64,000 nucleotides of DNA from Saprolegnia diclina VS20 (Eukaryota), in NCBI RefSeq assembly GCF_000281045.1, contig NW_008246090.1, positions 234,863 to 298,862 on the forward strand, written 5' to 3'. The notes beneath the pieces were generated by a model that made no database searches, had not been told where the DNA came from, and worked only from the letters and a program-made list of their open reading frames with translations. The stretch's first letter is position 1. Every line of letters begins with the position of its first letter. Of the stretch, positions 37,414 through 49,352 are shown in pieces. The position numbers and the translations under genes are program-made.

Positions 37414-38217
37414 TTACATGGGCGCACGACAGAGTGGGCAAGTGGACTGGCGCACGAGCCACTCAGCGACGCAGGTCTGGTGGAAGGCGTGGGCACATGC
37501 GAGCTGGACGCTCGAGACGCAGGTATCGCCGCCGTGTAGATCTTCGAGACAGATGGAGCAGCCGTCGTGGCGTGCCTCGTCGTCCATGGCATCCAAGGCA
37601 TTGCTTCCGTGGGGTACCGACGCAATCGACAAGATGCGTTGGCGCCACTTCCAGTCTTGCTCCTTCTGCAGTCGTGGGATCTCCAGCATCTCTTCGATCG
37701 TATCGAAAACGTTTTTGGCGATCTGCGCGAGAGGTATCGGCGTGCTGTTGGCAAGCGTCAGCAGAACGCAGAGCTCACGCACGCGGAACATGGCGCGCAC
37801 AAAGTCAGCGAGGCCGCGCTTGCGGTCGTCGACGACGTTGGGTGTGTCCATAAAGATGTGCTTCTTTGGGAAGGGCTGGAGTGGCGCGAGAAGCGCCGCA
37901 ATCGTCGCGCGGTCGCGACGCTGCTTGCGGCTGACGACGTTGACGACCTTGAGGAGACGCTGGCGAACCTTTGCGAGCGTCGAGTAGCGGTGGCGCACGA
38001 CCCAGAGCACGTTGGACGCTGGCGACCATATTTGCATGATGTACACCGTGTAGAAGAACGCCGGTGCATCCACGAAGTGGATAGCCGTGTGGTTGATGGA
38101 CACTTGGATGGCAGCGCTGGCACTGGCCGCGCCAAGGCGCTCGATCTCGGCATTCGTGTACCGAGCTTCGATGCGCGCGGTCGGCTCCGACGAGGACCAT
38201 GGACGGCGTGGTAGCAT
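37414..38217 (-). CDS. PX-like domain + RING-H2 finger protein (putative E3 ligase), intronless
   Basis: PX-like YTVYIM...WVVRHRYS...PFPKK...DDRKRGLADFV. C-terminal C3H2C3 RING CSICLEDL...LACAHAFHQTCVAEWL...TCPLCR. Confidence 0.85.
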   Translation of the reverse strand: MLPRRPWSSSEPTARIEARYTNAEIERLGAASASAAIQVSINHTAIHFVDAPAFFYTVYIMQIWSPASNVLWVVRHRYSTLAKVRQRLLKVVNVVSRKQRRDRATIAALLAPLQPFPKKHIFMDTPNVVDDRKRGLADFVRAMFRVRELCVLLTLANSTPIPLAQIAKNVFDTIEEMLEIPRLQKEQDWKWRQRILSIASVPHGSNALDAMDDEARHDGCSICLEDLHGGDTCVSSVQLACAHAFHQTCVAEWLVRQSTCPLCRAPM

Positions 38218-38590
38218 CGCACCCGTCGAATTTGAGCAAAACGCCGTATCAAAAAAGCGCACGCACGCGATTGGCTACTCGAACTGGCCTGGACCAGATT
38301 CGGGCCAATCAGCGAGCACTAAAAGATAGAAGGGCCAATGAGAAGGTGGCACCACCAACTCCGACGGCTTCTCAGCTCGCAGCTGCCTCTCGCGTAGACA
38401 GCGCGCCGGGTTGAAGTTGCAAGCAAGCAAACTGTGTTGCATGCCCTAGCGTGAAGTGTGGCCCAAGGCCTTTCGCTCGAACCTTGACCAGGCGGAACAG
38501 GCGCCCGATGAACGGTACACATAGTCTTTATATATTACGAAGGCACGTATCGTCCTGGCGAGGTCCTACACGATGTGGTGACGCTGCCGC

Positions 38591-40231
38591 CTAGGCCGTC
38601 GATGGGACGTGGACTTGGTCCGAGTGGCGGGGCGATGTGATCTCGGGGCCATCGCGGCTCTGCGCTGCTTGCATCGCTGCATACTTGCCAAAGGTGCAGT
38701 CGAGCACGGCGCCCGAGAGACCGTACTCCTCAACCGTGTACTTGACCTCGCCGTACTTGCCCTACGCGACCATCGTAACAGAACATGCCTTGGACAGTCC
38801 AACCTTGGGGTTCTTCTCGAGGTACTCGCGCATCTTGTTCTCAAAGTCGTCCGAGACCTCCATGCCCCACTGGTCGTAGAGGGCCTTGACCGTGCCAATC
38901 GGGTCAGCGATCCACTCGTCGTACTGCAGGTTTGTGACGTCGAGAGCCTTGCGCGCCAGGAGCGCGTTCGTGGTTTCGGAGCACAGCTCTGTGGCAAGTC
39001 GGCCAATGAGCTTTTTGTCGAGGCCCTTCCCTTTGAGCGACGGGTGCATCTCCCGCAGTAGCTTCGTCGCGCTCGAGGCCACGACTTGCTTCATCTCGCG
39101 GTGCAGCATGACGATGCGCGCGCCTGGAAACGTCGCGCGAAGCAGCGGCAGATGCGAGGCGTGGAAGGGCGACTTGAGCACCCAGTGCGTCGGGCCGTCG
39201 GGCTGGCCGCTCTGCAGCAGCTGGTAGTACCGGTACAGATACAAGTACACGTTGCGCTTGTTGGTCGCGGTCAAGAGCATGCGCCGCGCCTTGTTGCTGA
39301 GCACCTACGTCCGCAACCATGAGCGCTTCTACGCAGTACGAGATAGACGGTACCGCAATGTACTTGAGCGGCGGCAACGCGTGCTCGATCAAGACGGCAT
39401 CGTCCGCGATCGTTTCCGGCGTGCTAAAGTGACAGGCCGCAATGTCGGCAAAGATCTCGGGCGTCAAGCGGTAGCGAGCGTCCCACGCGTGCACACCGCG
39501 CTGGAACCAAAGGTGCTCCGTGTCCATAGCCTTGGACGGCGGCGCAATCGCGTCGTAGCCTCCTGCGTCTACTTCGTAGTTGAACGGTGCGCGGGCCGCC
39601 GGGTCGCACGCCAAGAGGTTGTGCAGCAGCGTGCTCCCGGTGCGCGGCAGCCCCGTAATCACAATCGGCGACGGCAGCGACACGTCCGCGATCTCAGGGT
39701 GCGCGACAAAGTACTTCATGAACGCCTGGCGCGCGCGGAGGGCTTCGAGGAGCTGCCGCTGCGCGGTGAAGCGGCCAAAGTTGGAGAGGAGCGGGCTCTT
39801 TTCGAGGTCAGCGATCACAGTTTCGTAGACGGCGACGGTCGCGGCTTGGTCCCCAAAGAACGCCTCGGCTTCCTTGGGCGTGTCCTTGAGCAGATCGAGC
39901 AGCTTCCTAATCAAGTGTGAGATCATGCGCTCGAGCAACGGATGTAGTACTCTTTTGGGAGCGGAAAGATGGTCGTGCAAAAGAAGCGGCGCGCAATCCA
40001 CGCATACGCGAGGAGGATGTTGATCCACCAGTGCGAAAACCAATACGACGGGATGAGCGTCGGGTCCGGCTTCTTTGGCTCGGGCAGCGGGTGGCCCATC
40101 GCAAAGCGGACGAGGTGGTACACAAACATCATGAGGCAGACGACGTTGAGGAGCATGTAGACTTCCTGGACGCCGAGCTCCCACATGACTTGCTTGGCAA
40201 AGTCCCACGCCTGCTGTACGTACTCTTCCAT
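38591..40231 (-). CDS. Sulfotransferase family protein (P-loop, bacterial Sulfotransfer_3-like) with N-terminal hydrophobic segment
   Basis: 5'-PSB motif PIVITGLPRTGSTLLHNLLA, plus HWVLKSPFH, FPGARIVMLHRE...S and YDEWIADPIGTVKALY. Introns include 38762-38803. Confidence 0.85.
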
Positions 40232-40420
40232 CTCGATGGCAAATTCGACACTGGAAAGGCAACGACAAAAGATACGCGGCCGTCCAATCGGACGCCGCGG
40301 CGTTTCGGCGCGACCTGTCCGAAGCGGCGCGACGCCACAACTACCGGTTTAAACGTGGCGTATGACCACAAATAAAACGTCGAAAAATGGCGCCAACGCC
40401 GAGATTGCATTTTACGACGA

Positions 40421-43294
40421 CTAGTGCGTGCCGTCGCGGAGAAGACTCTGGATGAGCTTGCGGTTCTTGACCTCCATGGTCATGGGCGCGAACGTGCATT
40501 CTTGCATCTCCTTTTGCCGAAGCTCGGCTTCGAGGCGACTCCGCTTGCCATCCCGCTGGCGATCTTGGTACGAGAGCTTGAACGGCGCAGGAATGGTGTA
40601 CGCACGGGGGGTATACGACGTGCCAAAGACCTTGGCTTCGCGCTCCCTACCAAATTGCGCTTGAATCGTCGATTTCTTAAGGAAAGAGCGTACCGAAGCT
40701 CTTCTTCCTGGCGCTTGGCGCGCTGCTTGAGCTCCAAGAAGCGACTGAGACCGCGGACAACCACAGGCCGCGCGGCTGCTTCGCTGGCCGAGATGGGCTT
40801 GCGATTGATGGTGGGCTGGAAGGTACAACGCTGGAGCTCCTCAAACTCGAGGAGATGGCGCTTGTCTTCGAGCGACTGGCGCCGGCGCTCGCGGGTGCGC
40901 TCGATGGTTTGAATCACAGTCTAGAGTATATTGGCCTACGATGTTGACAAGTGGGCGTACCGCCGGGTTCCACACAGTCGACCGGTCGGCGTCGCCTTCC
41001 AGCGGTGTGATCGCCGGCCGGAACCGGCACTCGGCTTGCGTGCGTAGCTCCATTTCCTTGATGACACGCGACCGAATCGGCTTGGCCGCGTCACTCTACC
41101 AGGTCGCGACGTCCATGTGACCACTCGTCTCTCGTACAACTGCAGGTTACTTTGGCGAGCTTTTGAATCGGAGTCGCACGCCCCAAGGCTTTGGACACGT
41201 GGTTGAGCTTGGGCTGGTACGAGAATTTGTTGTAGTAGGCTTCTTCCAATCGCTTCTTTTGCTCGGCCTTCTTGCGCGGCTCCTGACAAAGCGCGCTCGT
41301 GTCGGCACGTCACAGAGCGCCAGACTGCGTACCGCGTACGTCATGCGATAGAGCTGCTCGGGCGTGCTCTCGGTCAGTCGCTTGGGCCGAGTGTGCTTGA
41401 GCACCTTCTCAGCGTTGCCGATACACGGCTGGAACGGCTGTTCGATCGCGTTGACTTTTTCTTCGAGGAGCATTTGGTGCTCCAATTTGTCGTCGCGTCG
41501 GTCTTGAAGCACACGCTGGCGCGTCACGAAGTCGAGCTACACGCCCATAGGCTTGCATGTCTCGCCATCGATCGTACCTTGAACTCTGGCTTGTGGTCGA
41601 CGATCGAGTGGCTTCGCTCGTTGACCTGCGGCGCAAACGAGAGGCCTTGCTACACAGAGCACCCTCTTAAAAAGAGGACACAGCTACAGTCTACGCGTAC
41701 CGCGGTCGTATACAACTCTTCGACAATCTGTCGCTTCTCAATATTGTCTTCGGCGTCTTGCGCCAAGCGGTCGGTCACGCTCAAGTGCCCGAGCTGCTGC
41801 GTGAGCTGGCGGCTCTTTTCGTTGATTGCCGGCACAAATGTGAGCTTGTCTTCGACCGACGTCGCGAGCTGCCGGAGCACCTCCTTCTGCAAGGCAGCAT
41901 GAGATACACACATAGTACGACATCGCACTCGACCTTGCGGCGCTGGATCTCGGGAACCCGGTCCTGGATTGGTTTGTACTGCGTGTGGTCGACCATGGCG
42001 CGCGTCACGGCGTTGATTTTCGGCGTAAACGTGCACGTCGCGCGGACGCTGCGGTCTTCGAGTGCGCGCTTGACCTTGGCACGGAGCTCGTAGCGCAAGA
42101 GCCCGTCCCCGTACAGTCGTTCGGTGACGTCGTCGACCTTGACACGCTTCGGATTGGGGCTCATTTGCTGCTCGACAAACGCCATTTTGTTTGTCTTTCC
42201 GACATGTTTTTCGGGCGTCCGTTGCGCTATCGCAGCGTTCATTGGAGGCCGCAAGGACCGAATGTACCGTGGGCGTTGGGCGTGAACGTGCACGAACTCA
42301 GCGATGCGAGCTCCTGCTCCATCTTGAGCTTCTCACGCTTGGCGTACTCGGCGCTACGCGGCGCTGCCAGCTGCGAGAGGCGGCTAGGCCCCGTCGCTCG
42401 GACCTGCACATCCGTTGAGCGATACGAAGTCATTGGGCGACGTGCCTTGGAGCCTTTGTACGGCGTGGTCTTGGGGCGGAACGTGCACTCGGGATCCATT
42501 GGCGGCGACTAGGCAAGGACGGTTCAGTAGCTCTCACGTCGAGCGCAAGTCCTCTGTACATGCGAAGCTGTGCTGCGTTCGCGCGGCGCCGACGCTGCCC
42601 GCCGCTTTGCGATACCCTGTGCACGTAGGCATCAACCACCACATGCGCCCATGCATACCGTGGGAGGAGTGCCACTTTGACGACCAGCGGCAAAGTCAAT
42701 GTCGAAGCGGACGGCTTTGGGCAGTGGCTTCGTGGGCGACGTATGGCTCGAGGTTACTGATGCTGGAGCACTCTGGTCATCTTCGTCGTCGACGTAGGTC
42801 GATGGCCTCCGTGGCAACGTCGCTGGAAGCTCCGAGGCAAAATACAGCGTGTCATCGCCTTCCTGAAGCTCCTTGAGAAAGCTCATATCATCATCTACGC
42901 ATACATCGATAGATGCGTGCATTCTTCTGCAATAAGACAGCTGCGCACCACCGTTGTCATAGCCATCGTCGCTGTCGCTGTCGTAGGCTTTGCCATCGTC
43001 ATTGTCGTAGGCGATGGCTTCGGTGAAGGACTGCTGTGTTGGCGACGGCAGCGGAAACCGCGCGGCCGTGTCCAAGAACGACGTGGTCCAGGGGAGATCG
43101 TCGCTCACGGTTGGCGTCTTCTTTCGTTCGAGGACACTGCGCCGCTCGTCCTGGAGCTTGGCGAGAATCTCCTTTCGGCGGGCCTCCGAGAGCTTGGGCG
43201 GCGTTGCGGCCGACGGCGGCGCGCTTCGTTGCTGCAGGTAAGCCTCGGCGAGCCGGATCTCGTCCTCCACTTGGCTCAGCGCGTCGTCGGCCAT
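40421..43294 (-). CDS. Hypothetical repeat protein with ~10 (C)TFxPxI(N) motifs, probable microtubule/flagellar protein
   Basis: Repeats include ECTFRPKT, SCTFTPN, TCTFTPKIN, LTFVPAINEKS, FSYQPKLN, ECRFRPAI, RCTFQPTINRK and ECTFAPMT. A YTIPAPFKLS segment lies near the C-terminus. Many short introns. Confidence 0.65.
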
Positions 43295-43365
43295 CGGCAA
43301 AAAATTGTTCAAAAAATTGTTCGATCTTGAGCGGCCACGTCTTGGAAAGTTCGACCGCACGGTGC

Positions 43366-43387
43366 GTATCCGGACATTTCCGGATGC
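43366..43387. promoter_or_regulatory. KTATCCGGAC motif plus adjacent variant in a bidirectional promoter
   Basis: GTATCCGGAC at 43366-43375 and TTCCGGATGC at 43378-43387 lie between the divergent ATGs at 43294 and 43577. Confidence 0.5.
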
Positions 43388-43576
43388 CGTGGGCGCGTTG
43401 ACACGCATGATCGAGGCACATGCTCGAGCTGCAGAGTCATACCGTGTCAGGTGACAGACTTAGGAGCTATAGTACAGGACACTGCTCACATAGCGAGGAG
43501 GAGTGGTGTACGCTGAAGTGTGCACATGTACTATGATTTGACGCTAGCTAAATTTAGGACGCACTTTGCATCAATA

Positions 43577-46500
43577 ATGCCGCCGATGAACGACATTGTG
43601 ATCGAGGAAGAGCTCCGGGACAACGACGTCGATGGCAACGTGACAGCCACGGCCAAGCGGACGCCAACACGGCTACCTACTCCGTTAGTCCGGAGTGCGA
43701 CCGTCGGCGCCCTCGTTCCACCGTCATCCCTTACCAAGAGCCACAAGATGAAAACCAAAAAAGCACCGAAACAGAAAGGCGACCCTCAACAGAAGACCCG
43801 GCACAAAAAGACCTTGCACGACGCCAACTGGGACATTGGTCTGGTCAACAAAAGCTGGGAAATCCCGGCCGACGTCAAGGGCGCCCTGCCTGCGCTTGCA
43901 CGCTCCAGCTTGCGACGCGCGAGCCGACCGAACACGGTGCCGCTCTCGGCCGAGGAGCGCTTTCTACATGCTACCAAGCTCGTCGTACCGACTCAAAAAG
44001 TCACAGGTAGACAAAGATTCAAGGTCACTCGGTTGCTGCAAGTGCTACTAGGCTTGCCACACGAGCTGCTTCCGGACGTCCCCATATACCTCGAAGATAT
44101 CAAGGACGATATCCGCACCAAGCTCACGCCCGACGACCGCCGCAAGTACTGCCGTCGCGCCGAAACGAAGCTCTCCGTACTAGTGCATCTGGTAGGTACT
44201 TTGGCGATGCGGGCAAGCACGACATGCGCTTGGTCGCGGCCAAGCTTGGTCGACAAATGTACATGCACCATGGCAACCTCCCCGACTTTATCGCTGCGAA
44301 TCCCGTGATCGAGCAGGTACCCACGTGTTGTCCCTTCCAGTGCCGACAATGTATTGGGTACAGCTGGAGGCTTCGGACGAAATCCATGGGCTCTTTTCTG
44401 GCCAGCTCTCGGCGCGGCACAAGTTCATTGCACTGAGCTTGGCGCAGAAGCTGCCGCTCTCGGTGCGCCTCTTGATCCGCAACACCGTGTCGCCGCACTT
44501 GAACGTGTCGCACATGGGCATGGGGGACGAGATGGCCAAGGTAACGACAATTGTCCACAATTCCTTGAAGACCCATCGAGGGTAGGTGTTTGCACAGTGT
44601 GTGCTGGAGCTGCCCATGGTCACGAGCCTCAACATACGCAACAACCGCCTCACCGACCCGGGCCTCGACGCCATCGTGAGTGTCGTCACCCACAAGCGCG
44701 ACCTAGTCTGTCTCGATATTTCCGAAAACAAGGTCTATACTGTCGTAAATAAGGCCCTCATTTCTTATCCGAGCCTAGGTCGATGGCGATGCCGCCGCCG
44801 CCCTCGCCGAGGACGTGGGCTCCAAGCAGTGCGCACTCCAAGAGCTCTGCATGGCCACGTGCGACATTGACGATGGCGAAGTCCAAGGCTTTGCCAACGC
44901 CCTGCACACCAACACATCACTGATGACGCTCGTCTTGTCACGCAATCTCATTGGCAAGTCGGAGATGCTCAACGTCGTCCAGCCCGACCTGATCACGGGT
45001 GTGTCCGTTGCGATAGTTGAAGACTGTGACTATATGGAAGCGAATGGTAGGCGGCGAGGCCATTGCCAGCATGCTCTGCAACAACAACCGACTGACCAAG
45101 CTCGACTTGTCGTGGAATATGCTACGTCTCAACAGGTTTGATTTTTTTTTTGATATTTTCTGGTATATTTCTGAAAAAGTTTCTCAAAATGTTGACTAGC
45201 GCTGTTGAAATTGGCAAGGCGCTGGCGGTCAACAATGGCCTTCGGGAGCTCAATTTGGCCTACAACGCGTTCGGAAACCTCGGCACGCAGTCGGTGGGCA
45301 TGGCGCTGCGTAAAAACAACTGCCTCCAAGTGCTGGATCTGAGGTGCGATACGCGAAACTCGATCGCTCAACTTCATGACATATATTGTTGCGTGTAGCC
45401 ACAACAATATTCCTTGTGAAGCGGCGTTTGTGATTGCCCAAGCGCTCAAAGTGAACGACACTGTCACCAATATTGTCCTCGACGGGAATCCGCTGGGAAA
45501 GATCGGCGGCCAATCGCTGCTGCACGCCGTTGCGAGCACGGCCAACCACTCGCTGTCCATCTCGATGGCGAGTTGTAACTTTGACCTCTTTGACCCCAAC
45601 ACGTTCAACCCGGACGAAGCCACGGGCAACTACGACCTCGACATGAAGTACGTTTTTCGGCCTTGATACACTGATAGTTTGACACTGTATAGCATCCCGT
45701 ACGAACGCTCGATCATGCTCGAGCTGCTGCGCTGTGCAGAGACCAAGACCGGCTGCAAGTTCATCTCCATCGTCCACGTTGTCGACAAGACATCGCGGCC
45801 GCTGCAGATCGAAGTCCGCGACGTCGTCACGGCCACGGGCGAGGTTTCTACAATGCCTGCGACGTCGCTGACGATGGAAATGTAGGCGCTTCGGCACCGC
45901 AACTCGGTCGCGCGCCGGGGCACACTTCTTCGTCGAACCATGTCCAAAGAGAGCCTCATCCAGCTCTTCCATGAGCTCGATAAAGACAACTCGGGCAACA
46001 TTGATGCCAAGGAACTCGAAGACGGTGCGCCATCTTCATTGTGCAATAAGATCCTGTCTTATTTGCGACGACAACCAGGCATGGCCAAGATGGGCATCCC
46101 AACCGAGCCTGGGGAGGCCGCGCGCTTGATCTCTCGCTTCGACATTGACGGCTCGGGTCTGTTTCCGTTCAATAGAAACATGTCGGAAGACGACAATAGG
46201 CACTGTCGAAATCAACGAGTTTATCGAGCTCATGGCCGTCTTCGATGTCGCGCCGCGGCCCAAGAAGCAGATCGTGGACGCGCTTACAAACCAGCCCTTC
46301 GAGGTGCCGTCGGCCGGGCGGCTCGTTGTGGACTTTTTGGATTTGCACATTCCGACGGAGAGCACCGAGGCGCACACGCGCGAGTCGATAGCGCACCTGA
46401 TTCGAAACCTCAAGGGCAACAACGCACACGTGCAAATGCTCTCGATCGCCAAAAATGGTACCCACGCTCGTTTAGTCGATCCTAGTAGGTACGAACTCGA

Positions 46501-48227
46501 CATAGGCCTCTACTTTCGGGAGCGCGAAGCGCAGCTCATCATCGACTCGGTCCTCGACGGCAGCGACCTCGTCGAGGCCATGGCGTCCATACTGCCGCAC
46601 ATGATCGACGCATCGAATGCATGCCAGCTCATCGAATGCAACCTGGCCGACACGACCCAGCGTCTACGGTACACGTGCGCAGAATGAAAAAGATGGTGTC
46701 GAGGGTGATGTAGACTGCAGTATTCGTTGCGCTTTGCGTATGGCCCGATCGTCGGATTATGTTCGGGGCACTACCGCCTCGAGATGGCCGAGCCACTGGA
46801 CCGTATCGCCGCCAAAAAGCTCATGGAGATCAGCAACAAGACGATGTTGTGGAAGAAGAAGTACGAGCTCCTCGACACGTCGCAGCACGCCAACTACCAG
46901 TGCTTCCGCAACGAAACGTTCAACGGCAAATCTGTCATCCTCGGTGCGTCCAACAAAGTCTCGTTTCCTCCATATCAACATTTTTGGATACATAGAAAAT
47001 GCCTTTTGCGACAAAATCCCGAAATTTGGTGTTCTCGAGTTTGACTTTGTGCACATGGCGAGTCGACCCGTCGCGCAACAGAGTACGACGATCTATGGTC
47101 TATTGTTCAGAAGTCAAAATATCGCATTAGGTAAATTCCAATCGATCGAAGCCATGTCCGCAAAGCGCTTTGCGCAGTTCCTCGAGCGGATGCATGCTGT
47201 GGGCCTGGATCTCGAGCCGCACACGGAGCTGCCGCGGGCGTACGGCACGCTCACACCAAATGTCTTTGAGCACCTTCTCAAGATGCAGCGCAACGCGCAG
47301 TACAACGACTACTCGTCGGGCCTCGCGGCCTTTGCCGAGGTCGAGCTCCACGGCGTCAAGGTCAGAGTTGTCCATTTCGTTTATAAAGCTATCGCACTGG
47401 AACAGATGACGATCTCGGTCCGGCGTCTCATCATGGAGCTGCAGTACCTGTTGTCGTCGCGCTGGATCAGCGTCAAACAGTGCCTTCGCGTGCTCTGCAT
47501 GTGGCCGCGGGCGTTCAAAGCCGCGCGCGTCGACGTGATTTTGCTGCTCATTGACCGCATTGTCGACCTCTACAGCGTGCCGCAGGTTCGAATCCAGTCG
47601 TGGACATGCTTTTATGAAACAATATTTAGCTATTTGCGCTACTGACCGAGCGAGAGTTGGCCGAGCTCATCTTTCGCTATGGCTGGCTCAATCTGTGGTC
47701 GCCGCTCGTGCCTGACATTTACTACGAGCTCGACATGGCCATCTACGAGCAGCGCGAAGTCGCCAAGATGCTCGTGGCACTCGCACTCGCGGAACCTGCA
47801 CGCGCTAATTCTCTCGACCAATTACAGATCCTTACTTCCGATGTGGTAGGGCGACAATTGGCTCAACGAGACGTACGGCTGGAGTCGCGGCGACCCGATT
47901 CCCGGCTGGCAGCTCAACCAGAGCTGGCTTGGCGAAAACGCCTTTCCAGAGAAAGGCTACTTGACCCTTCACTACTACTCGGGCGCCGACCTCGGCTGCG
48001 GTGCGTCGTCTTTGAAATGTATCAAAGTATCAACCTATCACATCGACGTAGGACCGGTCTGGCATGTGCGCGTCAACTTGTGCAAGCGCGTGCTCTCGAT
48101 GGCCCCCGAAGGCGCCAAGCTGCAAGAGTTCATCCACCACTCGACGCAGCTCGAGCTGCGCACGGTGCGCGACTTTACAGCGCGCCCCGCGGCCACGAAC
48201 CCGCCGACAGCCGCCAAGCGCAAGTAG
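43577..48227 (+). CDS. RNI-like leucine-rich repeat protein with an EF-hand pair, many exons
   Basis: LRRs: SLNIRNNRL, LDISEN, LVLSRNLIG, LDLSWNML, LNLAYNAFG and LDGNPLG. EF-hands: LFHELDKDNSGNIDAKEL and FDIDGSG.TVEINEF. Confidence 0.75.
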
Positions 48228-48381
48228 AGAACCGTTTGACTTTGGTTTGAATGACACATCCACACTACTTTGTGCACCATGTTGCAGTTAGTCCGTTGAC
48301 AAGCATCGACTAGCATGTCGGGGTTAATCTACTAGCAAGTCGTAGTAGGTAGTCTACGGACATTGGTCCGTGAGAGGCGCC

Positions 48382-49288
48382 TTAGACGACGCTGTCGTCG
48401 TCGGCTCGTTTTTTGAGAAGAATGATGAGGACCCGGACGAAGAGGTTGACAAAATCTGGCAATAAGATCTGAGTGGACGGTATGAGATGCTAGCGGTACC
48501 GAGGAAGAGCTCGAACGCATGGCCAATCACATTGTCGTCGCCGCTGCTGGCCTTCTCCACAATGAGCTGCGTATCAAAGAGCACGTAGAAGCAAAAGAGC
48601 AGAAGACCGCCATACTACACGATGTCAGGCTCCGCGAAGGAGTGCATGAGGACGTACGAGCTCGAGCGAGTACATGGCAGCCGAGCGCACAAAGGTGTTG
48701 ACGAGTGCTATAAGGACAAGGCCTAGGATCGCAGACCCAGCAAACGCGCCAAGAAACAAGTAGGTGCGCCGGCGCTCTACGCGACACTTGTGGCATCCGA
48801 GACGAGCGAAGCCACGTACCGAGGAGCGCACTCAGCGTGAAGCAGCCAAAGACGACGGTCGAGCCAACACTAACAATCACCACGTATAAGACACGTGGAA
48901 GTGAGAGGAGGGTATCGTACAAGGCCATGGCGACAATCGAGGCGTCTGTGGCGAGGGCGTGTTGCACGAGCCCGCCGAGGTTGGCGCCCCAGCAAGTGGC
49001 GAGTGTCAAGAGCACGCAGAGCCGCAGTGCAAACTTGGCTTTCGGCACAAGGTACAGCGCGAGCACGAGGACAAAGACGAGAATGGCCGTGGTGTAGCCG
49101 GCGAGACCGCACGCGATGTCGAGACCGACGCCGGCCGCGGCGGCACCGACCGCGGCTGCGAGCGTCACGTAGACGCGCACGAGGTGGCGCTGGACGCGCG
49201 GCTCAATGTCGTTGGTTGAAAGGAGCGCGGCGAGGTCAAAGCCGCCGACGGCGACGGGCTTGACGACCTCCGTGACCTTGCTCTGCAT
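48382..49288 (-). CDS. Bax inhibitor-1 (TMBIM6) family protein
   Basis: IEPRVQRHLVRVYVTLA, VFGCFTLSAL, RRTYLFLG, YVLFDTQLIVEKA and HAFELFL...DFVNLFVRVLIIL. Confidence 0.9.
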
Positions 49289-49328
49289 CTCTTCGGAGCG
49301 TAATGGCTTCCGTGGATGACCAACGGTA

Positions 49329-49352
49329 GTCCGGATACGACTGTCCGGATAA
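49329..49352. promoter_or_regulatory. Direct pair of KTATCCGGAC motifs upstream of the BI-1 gene
   Basis: GTCCGGATAC at 49329-49338 and GTCCGGATAA at 49343-49352, starting 41 bp from the ATG at 49288. Confidence 0.5.
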
